Below, one piece after another: positions 39,273-46,892 of a stretch of DNA of 64,000 nt. Each line of letters starts with the position of its first letter. Positions within the stretch are counted from its first letter, which is position 1. Below the pieces are notes generated by a model, which saw nothing but the letters and a program-made list of their open reading frames with translations, did no database searches and was not told where the DNA came from. This DNA comes from Escherichia phage vB_EcoM_G2248. The position numbers and the translations under genes are program-made. The stretch is taken from the sequence record MK327932.1. One strand, 5' to 3'.

Positions 39273-39303
39273 TGTTGATTCTCCTTCTTGATTAGATGGG
39301 AGT

Positions 39304-39332
39304 ATTTTACTACTCCCATTTCATGTTGTCAA
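39304..39332 (-). promoter_or_regulatory. early promoter cassette, stem-loop enclosing the -10
   Basis: TTGACA-N17-TAAAAT within GGGAGTAGTAAAATACTCCC. Confidence 0.5.
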
Positions 39333-39335
39333 CCA

Positions 39336-39809
39336 CTATCTTAATCTTTGTATGAATTGTTTCTTATACTTCTTCGTGATCTCTTCTCTTGTATCCGCGT
39401 CACAGTAATCGAAACCTTCTGCGTCCATAATAGCAACCATCTCCGCTCGTGTCAAGCGTGAAAATCGTTTTACTTTATCAACAGCATATTGAGGATGTAA
39501 ATGATTGTTGGTGTAGTCTCCTTTGATGTAATTAACATAGTTTGTAGCCCAAACAACGAAATCAGCACCTAAAGCACCAACACCAAACCGTTTAAAGTCT
39601 CCGGTCAACGATCCTTCTAGGCGGTTGCAACACGAATGAAGCAATCCCCTTACGCGGCCTTGCCCTTTCCCATCTAGATCGTGGTCGTGGTCAAGATGGT
39701 TTTTGCTCATATCCTCAAAAAGTGGCAATTGACAAAGGGGGCAAATGCCCCCCTGTTTTTCGAATAGTTCTTGTTTGTACTCTTTAGCACTCTTAGCAGT
39801 CAGTAACAT
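39336..39809 (-). CDS. 49: recombination endonuclease VII (gp49)
   Basis: starts at ATG giving MLLTAKS... as in T4 gp49; HLDHDH...RGLLHSCCN catalytic/zinc motif. Confidence 0.85.
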   Translation of the reverse strand: MLLTAKSAKEYKQELFEKQGGICPLCQLPLFEDMSKNHLDHDHDLDGKGQGRVRGLLHSCCNRLEGSLTGDFKRFGVGALGADFVVWATNYVNYIKGDYTNNHLHPQYAVDKVKRFSRLTRAEMVAIMDAEGFDYCDADTREEITKKYKKQFIQRLR

Positions 39810-39833
39810 AAATTCACCCTCCAAAGAAGGTAT

Positions 39834-40115
39834 TTAACCATTAATCTTGTTTTTGACTACAAAGGATCGGAACTCATCAAAACCACCGATATAATCACCA
39901 TCATAGAAAATCTGCGGCATGGTGGCAATAACTTCTACCCCTGCGCGATCCTGAATATCGGCAATGATAGAATCAATCTTTACCGGACGACCGTTTTCGT
40001 CCACACCATCATTAACCGGAATGTAGATGTAAGGGATCTTACGCGCTTCACAAAGGCGCTTTGCATTCTGGCAATACTTACAGTTGTAACCTTCAAAACC
40101 AAAAATTTCTACCAT
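39834..40115 (-). CDS. nrdC: glutaredoxin/thioredoxin NrdC
   Basis: CKYCQNAKRL redox motif comparable to T4 NrdC CVYCDNAKRL. Confidence 0.75.
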   Translation of the reverse strand: MVEIFGFEGYNCKYCQNAKRLCEARKIPYIYIPVNDGVDENGRPVKIDSIIADIQDRAGVEVIATMPQIFYDGDYIGGFDEFRSFVVKNKING

Positions 40116-40123
40116 GTTATACC

Positions 40124-40936
40124 TCAATCTACGTTAGTTACATAAACTTCTTGCGTATCAGAAGACTTACCACCTGAACGATCTAGGCAATAGGTCTTAT
40201 TCAACAGGACGCAGTTTAAATCATTCCGCTTGATAAAGTCAAGGAGATGATCATTTACCTTTCCCTTATGATGCGTGACATTACTGATACCAAACTGAAA
40301 ACCACGCGCCATAATCGATTCTACCCACTGATAGAATTTAATCTCTTCCTCGTCACTCCAGAACTTATTATATTCCGCAGAAGTGATAAGGTACGGCGGG
40401 TCCAAATAAACGAAATCACCTGGCAAGATCTCGATCTCGTCATAGCGACCAGACGTAAAACTGATTCGACCGTCTTTGTTTTCTTCCTTAAAATTCAGGA
40501 CACGCTCTACCGCGTTTTCGTTAAAAGTCCGGCGACCAAAATTAGCATTAAATTCTCCCTTCCTGTTATGGCGGTTAATGTTGCTAAAACTGTGCTGAAT
40601 CAGAACAAACAGAGATAGCGGATCTGGATTCTCATTATACTTCTTGCGGAATGCCATATAAGAATCTTTATCATCACGAGACAAACCATTCTCGGCAATA
40701 ATCAGCTTGATCGTAGAAACCGGATCAGGACACTCGTCAATCGCTTTGTACGCGTCAATTAAGCGGTGATCATAGTCATTAGCCAGAACACCCCCTTCGA
40801 CGTACAGAGACACGCTCAAGCCACCACAAAAGGCATCAACAAAGCGGTTATAGTGCTTAGGGAAATACTTACTAACACTTGGCAATAACTTTTCCTTATT
40901 GCCAGTATAGGGAATTAAACCTAATGCTTTCTTCAT
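40124..40936 (-). CDS. dam: DNA adenine methyltransferase (Dam)
   Basis: 270 aa; SAM-binding FCGGLS and catalytic DPPY motifs. Confidence 0.85.
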   Translation of the reverse strand: MKKALGLIPYTGNKEKLLPSVSKYFPKHYNRFVDAFCGGLSVSLYVEGGVLANDYDHRLIDAYKAIDECPDPVSTIKLIIAENGLSRDDKDSYMAFRKKYNENPDPLSLFVLIQHSFSNINRHNRKGEFNANFGRRTFNENAVERVLNFKEENKDGRISFTSGRYDEIEILPGDFVYLDPPYLITSAEYNKFWSDEEEIKFYQWVESIMARGFQFGISNVTHHKGKVNDHLLDFIKRNDLNCVLLNKTYCLDRSGGKSSDTQEVYVTNVD

Positions 40937-41367
40937 TATCCCTTCCTCAAATAAGTTCGCTCAATCTCTACCAGTTCGAAAAATTCATCCCAATCACACG
41001 GAAAATTGCAGTTTCCAAAATGGTCTTCATTGTAAAGCTCTTTACCGGATGGCAACTTAATATCTGTTACAGTATACCAACCGCAACAATCACAATCACC
41101 CTCAACAACAGAAACTTTCGTCGGAATTTGCATCATTGCCAGATAGGTCGGCACGTCAGACTGTTCAAAGATCATGTAACCTTCATTGTCAAACGAAACA
41201 AAATTATCATCGCCCAAAAAAGGGATATAGTGGTCATAATCGGTTACAGGTTGACCGTGCAATTCCCATTCTACAATTTTAACATTACCACTAAACTTGA
41301 TACCCATCATATCAACCATAAAATGAGTATCGTCAATGTAAATCTTACTAGGAGTTGGATAAACCAT
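40936..41367 (-). CDS. hypothetical Cys-rich protein
   Basis: 143-aa ORF; CDCCGW...CNFPCDW. Confidence 0.45.
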   Translation of the reverse strand: MVYPTPSKIYIDDTHFMVDMMGIKFSGNVKIVEWELHGQPVTDYDHYIPFLGDDNFVSFDNEGYMIFEQSDVPTYLAMMQIPTKVSVVEGDCDCCGWYTVTDIKLPSGKELYNEDHFGNCNFPCDWDEFFELVEIERTYLRKG

Positions 41368-41377
41368 TATATAATCC

Positions 41378-41674
41378 TCATATCTCAGAGAATAGAATCT
41401 CTGTTAGCTTCACTGACTGCTCTCTGAATGTTAGCGTATACTCGAAAGGAAAGTCAACACCTAATTTCAGAAGAGAATAGCCTACCGCCTCTTTATGCTT
41501 ATCTGTTAGGGCAATCCTAACCAATTCCAGTTGAATCTCTTTAGGCGGTGAATGGATAGTAACACGGGTATCATGCAATGTCCAGTCACCATTACGAATC
41601 AAGATTAACGGTTTATCGTCATTGAAGATCACCGACCCCTTTCCGGTCGGTGAGTGTTTTATACTAATCATCAA
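41378..41674 (-). CDS. hypothetical protein
   Basis: 98-aa ORF. Confidence 0.45.
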   Translation of the reverse strand: MMISIKHSPTGKGSVIFNDDKPLILIRNGDWTLHDTRVTIHSPPKEIQLELVRIALTDKHKEAVGYSLLKLGVDFPFEYTLTFREQSVKLTEILFSEI

Positions 41675-41885
41675 ATTCTAAGAAATATTCTGGAACGATA
41701 TAACCGTTAAAGTCATTGCACTTATAAAAATGTGGTGCATTTAATGCTGGATGAGCGTTTGTAAAGAGTTTACCCTCTAGAAACAGAATGTAATTAATAG
41801 GTCTAATACCTACAGAATCAGGGTCTAAACCTTTTTCTTTCAGTTCAGCCAGCGTTAAAACTCGTCCAGATCGTAACTTAGCCAT
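41664..41885 (-). CDS. hypothetical protein
   Basis: 73-aa ORF. Confidence 0.4.
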   Translation of the reverse strand: MAKLRSGRVLTLAELKEKGLDPDSVGIRPINYILFLEGKLFTNAHPALNAPHFYKCNDFNGYIVPEYFLEFDD

Positions 41886-42171
41886 GATTTACCCCTAATT
41901 CATCAAGATTATGTCGCAGCATTTCAGAGTATTTTTCTACTTCCTTGATCTTAGTGTGGATCTCCACGATCTCATCTTCACTATCAGATAGTTTAATGGC
42001 AATTGCGAGCGTGCTTTTACCAGCTTTCATAGTCTCTTTCCGTTCAACCAATAGATCCGCGTGTTTCAATAGCAATTCTTCACGTCGAACATAAGCGACG
42101 GTCAAAGCCTCATCAGCAATTTCTAAAGCGTTTTCAGCGACACCAACAACCATTTTACGAGTAGACAGCAT
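41878..42171 (-). CDS. hypothetical helical protein
   Basis: 97-aa ORF. Confidence 0.45.
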   Translation of the reverse strand: MLSTRKMVVGVAENALEIADEALTVAYVRREELLLKHADLLVERKETMKAGKSTLAIAIKLSDSEDEIVEIHTKIKEVEKYSEMLRHNLDELGVNHG

Positions 42172-42185
42172 AAATTCACCTCACA

Positions 42186-42494
42186 TTATTTCACGTTAAC
42201 GCCGTCATCAATCCAGCCGACGCTATTTGGTTTAACAGTTTTACCATAGGATGCATACTTAATCAAGCATGGTTTAACATCATTATCAAATCTTCCTAAA
42301 CGTACTCCCAAATCAGGAATATCCATGTATGCGGCTTTATATCCCCATGTGCCATATTCAGAATCAATCTCAACCGGACGGCCTTTAAAAGCATACACTA
42401 CACCGTGACGGTCAACGATAACATAGCAATAGCCAGCCGGAAGATACACAGTTTCGCCGTAAACTTTAACTGGAGTAGCAGAAGAGATAAACAT
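42186..42494 (-). CDS. hypothetical protein
   Basis: 102-aa ORF; GAGGATTATATT SD; promoter at 42529-42557. Confidence 0.5.
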   Translation of the reverse strand: MFISSATPVKVYGETVYLPAGYCYVIVDRHGVVYAFKGRPVEIDSEYGTWGYKAAYMDIPDLGVRLGRFDNDVKPCLIKYASYGKTVKPNSVGWIDDGVNVK

Positions 42495-42528
42495 AATATA
42501 ATCCTCACATCGTTCATTTGATGCGGTT

Positions 42529-42557
42529 ATTATAGGATAACCGCATTTTCATGTCAA
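42529..42557 (-). promoter_or_regulatory. early promoter cassette, stem-loop enclosing the -10
   Basis: TTGACA-N17-TATAAT within GCGGTTATCCTATAATAACCGC. Confidence 0.5.
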
Positions 42558-42563
42558 CAGTTT

Positions 42564-42938
42564 TTAAAAATCTTCTTCCGGTTTATATCGACCGTCATCA
42601 ACTGGTTTTGGACTGAATCCGGTATGTTTGCGCGGCTTCGCTTCCGGTTTCCCCGCAATCATCAAACCAAAACATTTCATCCCCTTATAACACATAACAA
42701 TATCAACCACGGTCCACGTTATAGGCCATACGATTGCAGCAATACAAAATGCTCCTGTATCGACCTCTTTGGTGTCCTTATCGAATCTGGCATACAAGCA
42801 GAATACTAGATACGAGATCATTGCACCAGTAAGCCAGATATAAAGCACATTAACAATATCTTGTGTTGTCACGTTATCCTCCTTACATGTCTTGCAGTGC
42901 ATAAAAGCATTTTTCTTCATAGTCATAGAAAATGTCAA
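42564..42938 (-). CDS. hypothetical membrane protein
   Basis: two hydrophobic segments; true start probably internal. Confidence 0.4.
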   Translation of the reverse strand: MTFSMTMKKNAFMHCKTCKEDNVTTQDIVNVLYIWLTGAMISYLVFCLYARFDKDTKEVDTGAFCIAAIVWPITWTVVDIVMCYKGMKCFGLMIAGKPEAKPRKHTGFSPKPVDDGRYKPEEDF

Positions 42939-43161
42939 AGTATGCTTTTTCTACATACTCACCATTGATCCAAGCGGCAGTAACAATCAGAGTGGTCCAG
43001 TTCGATCCACTCTCAACGGTAAAGGTTTTAATACCCAGCTTCGCTGCCAAGTCGAACGCAAACCGGACGCAACCACGGCAGGAAGTGATATTTGAAGTTT
43101 TGATTTTAAAGCCACCGCGAGTTTTGGTAATTTCTACTTTAGCGAAAGACAGGTTGCTCAT
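42883..43161 (-). CDS. hypothetical protein (small-protein family 2)
   Basis: 92-aa ORF; GGAGAATCAAAATG start; promoter at 43204-43232. Confidence 0.5.
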   Translation of the reverse strand: MSNLSFAKVEITKTRGGFKIKTSNITSCRGCVRFAFDLAAKLGIKTFTVESGSNWTTLIVTAAWINGEYVEKAYFDIFYDYEEKCFYALQDM

Positions 43162-43203
43162 TTTGATTCTCCTTAAGAAAGTGTGTTTCGTTTTGATGTG
43201 TGT

Positions 43204-43232
43204 AGTATAGGGGATACGTGATCCCCTGTCAA
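43204..43232 (-). promoter_or_regulatory. early promoter cassette with spacer palindrome
   Basis: TTGACA-GGGGATCACGTATCCCC-TATACT then CATCAAAACGAAACAC leader. Confidence 0.55.
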
Positions 43233-43240
43233 CAACTTTT

Positions 43241-43570
43241 TTATGATTTTAGTGAATTAACCACTACATCAAAATGATGTACAGAGTACACCTTATTAAA
43301 CACATATTCATCGTGTTTAGGAATAGCCCCTAATCGCTCTATTTCGCTCGCTGACACGATAAACCGTTTATCCGGTGCATTTACCTTATATGCTTCAACA
43401 ACGCACGGAAAACGCGTTTTAGCGAGTTCGGGATAGTTTTCTGACTCCATCAGGACAATGAATACCCTGTTACATTGATTGTAGAATCCTGTTTTTGATT
43501 TCATCAAGTTTTCTTCTATGTTCAAGTCGTGCAATCTTCTTTTCATGATTTCGTTGGTTCTTGTCTTCAC
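43241..43570 (-). CDS. hypothetical protein (family 2-like)
   Basis: track start is GTG and overlaps upstream gene; true start uncertain. Confidence 0.35.
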   Translation of the reverse strand: MKTRTNEIMKRRLHDLNIEENLMKSKTGFYNQCNRVFIVLMESENYPELAKTRFPCVVEAYKVNAPDKRFIVSASEIERLGAIPKHDEYVFNKVYSVHHFDVVVNSLKS

Positions 43571-43811
43571 AGTTTACCCACTCAACAAGATCTTTACCTA
43601 ACTCGAAAGCCCATTCTCGGTCTTGCTTTACGTTTTGTAGGTATGGACTTTCTGACACTCTACGAAGTGATGTTGTCGTAACAAGAATGATCCCAGGAAT
43701 GGTCGGATGTTCCTTTCCATATACAATCGGACGGGAATCACTTTCGACACCTTGTAAGAAGGTGTATCCTGAATCATTCAGCAACAAATACATTTTCGGT
43801 TCGTTCATCAC
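43470..43811 (-). CDS. hypothetical protein (family 2-like)
   Basis: 113 aa; N-terminus similar to ORF at 43808. Confidence 0.45.
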   Translation of the reverse strand: MMNEPKMYLLLNDSGYTFLQGVESDSRPIVYGKEHPTIPGIILVTTTSLRRVSESPYLQNVKQDREWAFELGKDLVEWVNCEDKNQRNHEKKIARLEHRRKLDEIKNRILQSM

Positions 43812-44065
43812 AGATTCCTCAACCAGTTATTAAAGCGAGCAAAGCATGATTCTTTTCGTGCTTTTTCTGCTTTACGGGCAAATCTATCCAAGAAACACCA
43901 TTCATAATCATCATTGTAAATTCCCTCAAAGGAAGCTCCAGCTTTGCGTAATTCTTTGGTTGTTACCAAGAAACTATCATAGAAGGGAGTTCCTCTAACA
44001 ATGACCGGAAGTTTAACACCTTTCAAGAAAGAATAATCGGCATCATTAATAATTTCAATTTTCAT
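43808..44065 (-). CDS. hypothetical protein (family 2-like)
   Basis: 85 aa; IINDADYSFLKGV...FLVTTKELRK parallels LLNDSGYTFLQGV...ILVTTTSLRR in neighbour. Confidence 0.45.
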   Translation of the reverse strand: MKIEIINDADYSFLKGVKLPVIVRGTPFYDSFLVTTKELRKAGASFEGIYNDDYEWCFLDRFARKAEKARKESCFARFNNWLRNL

Positions 44066-44310
44066 TTTACATTATCTCCATAGATCTTTCCAGCAATATC
44101 AATTTCACCAGCACGAACATCTAGGATAAGATGCGGTAGGTGTATGCAGTTTTCCCACCCTACGCGCTTCATTTCTTCTACGGTAACGTAAGCCCACCCG
44201 TTAGCTGTAATAAAGTCTACTTCAACCTTGAGAGGAAAGCAAGACTTTTCTATGTCTCCGAATCCGACAATATGTTTTGTTGTTGAATATGGAATATATC
44301 CTGTGATCAT
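44062..44310 (-). CDS. hypothetical protein (family 2-like)
   Basis: 82-aa ORF. Confidence 0.45.
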   Translation of the reverse strand: MITGYIPYSTTKHIVGFGDIEKSCFPLKVEVDFITANGWAYVTVEEMKRVGWENCIHLPHLILDVRAGEIDIAGKIYGDNVK

Positions 44311-44768
44311 TTTGTGATCTCCTTATACTCAACACACCATAAGCGTGTAGCCCATGATAAACGCTCATAACGCTGGCAGAAATCGGACCATAGATATTGT
44401 GTACCGTCTTGCATAGTTGAAATATGCGTTTTCTCGCCTACTTTCACGAAAGATGTATTTGACTTCGTGATCTCGACCGGAGTATATCCGAAAGCGGGTT
44501 CCAAGTCAACATCTGAACTAAATGCCAATTTAACAGAATTTGTTTTTCTGACCGCTGTCCGGTTTCCTTCTGGGTACAGCACAGCAGGTTTAGAGCCTAA
44601 GCGGATAAACTCAGTATTTTTAATGAACAGAATATCATGATAACCGTCATATTCCGACACTTCCATAGTAACAGGAAAATCGATATGTGCTAAACCTGGT
44701 AGATCTCGCATATCATGAAATGTAGCCATCAACTTTTTCATTCTATATTCCTCACTCTTCTGTTTCAT
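44307..44768 (-). CDS. hypothetical protein (family 2-like N-terminus)
   Basis: 153-aa ORF; start probably internal. Confidence 0.45.
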   Translation of the reverse strand: MKQKSEEYRMKKLMATFHDMRDLPGLAHIDFPVTMEVSEYDGYHDILFIKNTEFIRLGSKPAVLYPEGNRTAVRKTNSVKLAFSSDVDLEPAFGYTPVEITKSNTSFVKVGEKTHISTMQDGTQYLWSDFCQRYERLSWATRLWCVEYKEITK

Positions 44769-44988
44769 TTCTTTTATATGGTACTATAACAGGATTAATA
44801 CAGCAAGCACCAATTACGTTATGAGCACCACAATTTAAGCATTTATAATCATGGAACTTATTAAGGAATCGCCCGAACTCATAACCGACTAACGCCGCGT
44901 GTACTTGAGTATCGATCTCATCCATATCAGCCAATGTTTTAACCTTCATAATATAATCCTCAAATACTGGTTTTGCGAAGATGGTCAT
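44752..44988 (-). CDS. hypothetical Cys-rich protein
   Basis: 78-aa ORF; CLNCGAHNVIGACC. Confidence 0.4.
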   Translation of the reverse strand: MTIFAKPVFEDYIMKVKTLADMDEIDTQVHAALVGYEFGRFLNKFHDYKCLNCGAHNVIGACCINPVIVPYKRNETEE

Positions 44989-45250
44989 TACATGCTTTTA
45001 ATGCATCAGTCGAGGTGTCATAGCGAGTATTATCATAGCACCAATAACCATCTGTCAACTGATAAATTAATCCATCCTTTTTAGCGTCGATGAAAGACAA
45101 TTCTTTGAAAGTTTCTACTTTCTTTGCTGATACTCCACGGTCACGGCGTTTATAGAGTTTAGCTAAAACGCGTTCAGCTTGTTCCTCTTTATCGCCAGAC
45201 AGATCCCAGATGACGTTTCTGATATGCTTGATTAATTGTTCAGTGGTCAT
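44960..45250 (-). CDS. hypothetical protein
   Basis: 96-aa ORF; GGAGAATCAAATATG start; promoter at 45281-45308. Confidence 0.5.
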   Translation of the reverse strand: MTTEQLIKHIRNVIWDLSGDKEEQAERVLAKLYKRRDRGVSAKKVETFKELSFIDAKKDGLIYQLTDGYWCYDNTRYDTSTDALKACNDHLRKTSI

Positions 45251-45280
45251 ATTTGATTCTCCTTAGTTGGTATGGTTATC

Positions 45281-45308
45281 ATTATACGGGGATTTCTCCC
45301 CGTGTCAA
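45281..45308 (-). promoter_or_regulatory. early promoter cassette with spacer palindrome
   Basis: TTGACA-CGGGGAGAAATCCCCG-TATAAT. Confidence 0.55.
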
Positions 45309-45311
45309 CAA

Positions 45312-45533
45312 TTAAATGATCTCTGCTTCACCGTTAAGGAAGAAAGACCATGTTTTGTTAGGATAACGAAGCGCCCATGATTCAGCAGTTTTAACACCAG
45401 CTTCGAACAATTGACGGCTGGTTACTTTAGCCATACCATCTTCGATGGCAACGTTTTCAATAATCATCGGGTACTTAGCGCCACGCATGAAACCGAAGCC
45501 AGTGGAAGATTTGATAATTTTAACAGTTGCCAT
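45312..45533 (-). CDS. hypothetical protein (family 2-like)
   Basis: track ORF overlaps promoter 45573-45601; ATG with GGAGAATCAAAAATG gives MATVKIIK... Confidence 0.5.
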   Translation of the reverse strand: MATVKIIKSSTGFGFMRGAKYPMIIENVAIEDGMAKVTSRQLFEAGVKTAESWALRYPNKTWSFFLNGEAEII

Positions 45534-45572
45534 TTTTGATTCTCCTAGAAAGTGTCGTGTTTCGATGGGTGT

Positions 45573-45601
45573 ATTATGCAATAACACCGGATCGCTGTCA
45601 A
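45573..45601 (-). promoter_or_regulatory. early promoter
   Basis: TTGACA-N17-CATAAT then ACACCCATCGAAACACGAC leader and GGAGAATCAAAAATG. Confidence 0.55.
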
Positions 45602-45619
45602 CACTTTCTAAGAAAAATT

Positions 45620-45904
45620 TTAAATTAATCGAATATAACCAAGAATTTCAGCGCCTTTAGCCAGTCCTAAAACTTCCCATTCAAGGTCGCCGTAGTCATA
45701 ATTTGCAACCATCAACTGACCATTTTTCATGCAGCAATCATGAGAGAAAATTTTCCCCGTATAAACTACGATAGTAATAAACTTTCCTGATTCTGGCGGT
45801 GTGGAAGACAAAGCGACCATATGACCATTCAGCTTAGTCACCAGTGATGGAACAATAAAATTCGGGCTTACCTGAATACCGTTAAATTCGTTTGTGTCTT
45901 TCAT
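45620..45904 (-). CDS. hypothetical protein
   Basis: 94-aa ORF. Confidence 0.45.
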   Translation of the reverse strand: MKDTNEFNGIQVSPNFIVPSLVTKLNGHMVALSSTPPESGKFITIVVYTGKIFSHDCCMKNGQLMVANYDYGDLEWEVLGLAKGAEILGYIRLI

Positions 45905-46251
45905 GCCAGACCTCGCAAAACACTAATAGCATAATCATGCTGGTTATTCATAATATCAATTGCATTGTGATAACGAGCTAAACCATCAAGGATAAATTCT
46001 TGTTTATCCTGTTTCAGTTTTGTATCACGCGCAGCCATAAGAGCATCAAGAACAGGTCCAAAGTGATTATCTAATTCATCTTCGGTTGCAATGTTTCCTA
46101 TTGCCTCGTCGATCCGTGATTCTAATGCTTGCTTTTCGTTGATCACTTGCTGGGTATATTCCAACACATCAAGAATATCGCGGGTAACGTCGCCATGATA
46201 AGGTATTCCCGCATGAAAATGATCAATTAATCGCTGAATATCAATGTTCAT
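45901..46251 (-). CDS. hypothetical protein
   Basis: 116-aa ORF. Confidence 0.45.
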   Translation of the reverse strand: MNIDIQRLIDHFHAGIPYHGDVTRDILDVLEYTQQVINEKQALESRIDEAIGNIATEDELDNHFGPVLDALMAARDTKLKQDKQEFILDGLARYHNAIDIMNNQHDYAISVLRGLA

Positions 46252-46586
46252 TTGTAACCCTCCTCTGAAAGCACATCCCAGATCGTTGCGTCAAGATGCA
46301 TTAAATTCCACATAATAGAGTCATAACTACCGAAGCCAGAAGTAAAAATTACATCACACTGGCGATATGTCTTATGAAAATCGGTGGCTGTCTCTGCATC
46401 AATCGGCATATCGTCACCGGAAAGCACCAGACATTTAAGAATCATAACTCTGTTAGCCGTTGGCGCTTGCTTAGTCTTTTCAGCATATTTTTCGATGATC
46501 CGTTTTGCCTTTTCTTCTTTGATACGTCCAGACCAAATCCGGTTTCGGTATTGATTCATAATAATTTCAATCACATCATTTTGCAT
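46248..46586 (-). CDS. hypothetical protein
   Basis: 112-aa ORF. Confidence 0.45.
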   Translation of the reverse strand: MQNDVIEIIMNQYRNRIWSGRIKEEKAKRIIEKYAEKTKQAPTANRVMILKCLVLSGDDMPIDAETATDFHKTYRQCDVIFTSGFGSYDSIMWNLMHLDATIWDVLSEEGYK

Positions 46587-46785
46587 TCTTCACGGTCTCC
46601 ATAATTGTTTTGTAAGCCAGCTTAAAATGATCACCGAAAAACTTTGCGGTGTTACCATTCGGATCGCGGAGCATGGTTTCTACGATCTCATCGGCAGTAA
46701 CAATTTCTCCTTTCTTTGCTGCATGTTCTACCATATACTTCAAAGTTTCTTCGGAGGCAAGTGCTGCGGCTACTGGATTAATCAT
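46576..46785 (-). CDS. hypothetical protein
   Basis: 69-aa ORF; promoter at 46815-46843. Confidence 0.45.
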   Translation of the reverse strand: MINPVAAALASEETLKYMVEHAAKKGEIVTADEIVETMLRDPNGNTAKFFGDHFKLAYKTIMETVKNAK

Positions 46786-46814
46786 TTTGGTTCTCCTTTG
46801 TTGTCGATGTGTGC

Positions 46815-46843
46815 ATTATGCTATACCCTATTCCGGTTGTCAA
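46815..46843 (-). promoter_or_regulatory. early promoter
   Basis: TTGACA-N17-CATAAT then CATCGACAA leader; just downstream of terminator 46856-46883. Confidence 0.5.
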
Positions 46844-46855
46844 CACCTAAAAACG

Positions 46856-46883
46856 AAAAAGCCACCCTTTCGGATGGCTTTTT
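46856..46883 (-). terminator. rho-independent terminator after the 714-aa gene
   Basis: hairpin AGCCAUCC-GAAA-GGGUGGCU flanked by A-run and U-run. Confidence 0.6.
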
Positions 46884-46892
46884 GATTATATT

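Noticed and set aside
2579-43570. 5' extensions of several track ORFs (2579-2782, 2840-3220, 5867-6121, 6042-6782, 33314-33541, 39336-39824, 43241-43570 and others)
   Set aside because: The extensions begin at TTG/GTG or run through the upstream promoter or the preceding gene; internal ATG codons with SDs were preferred where identifiable
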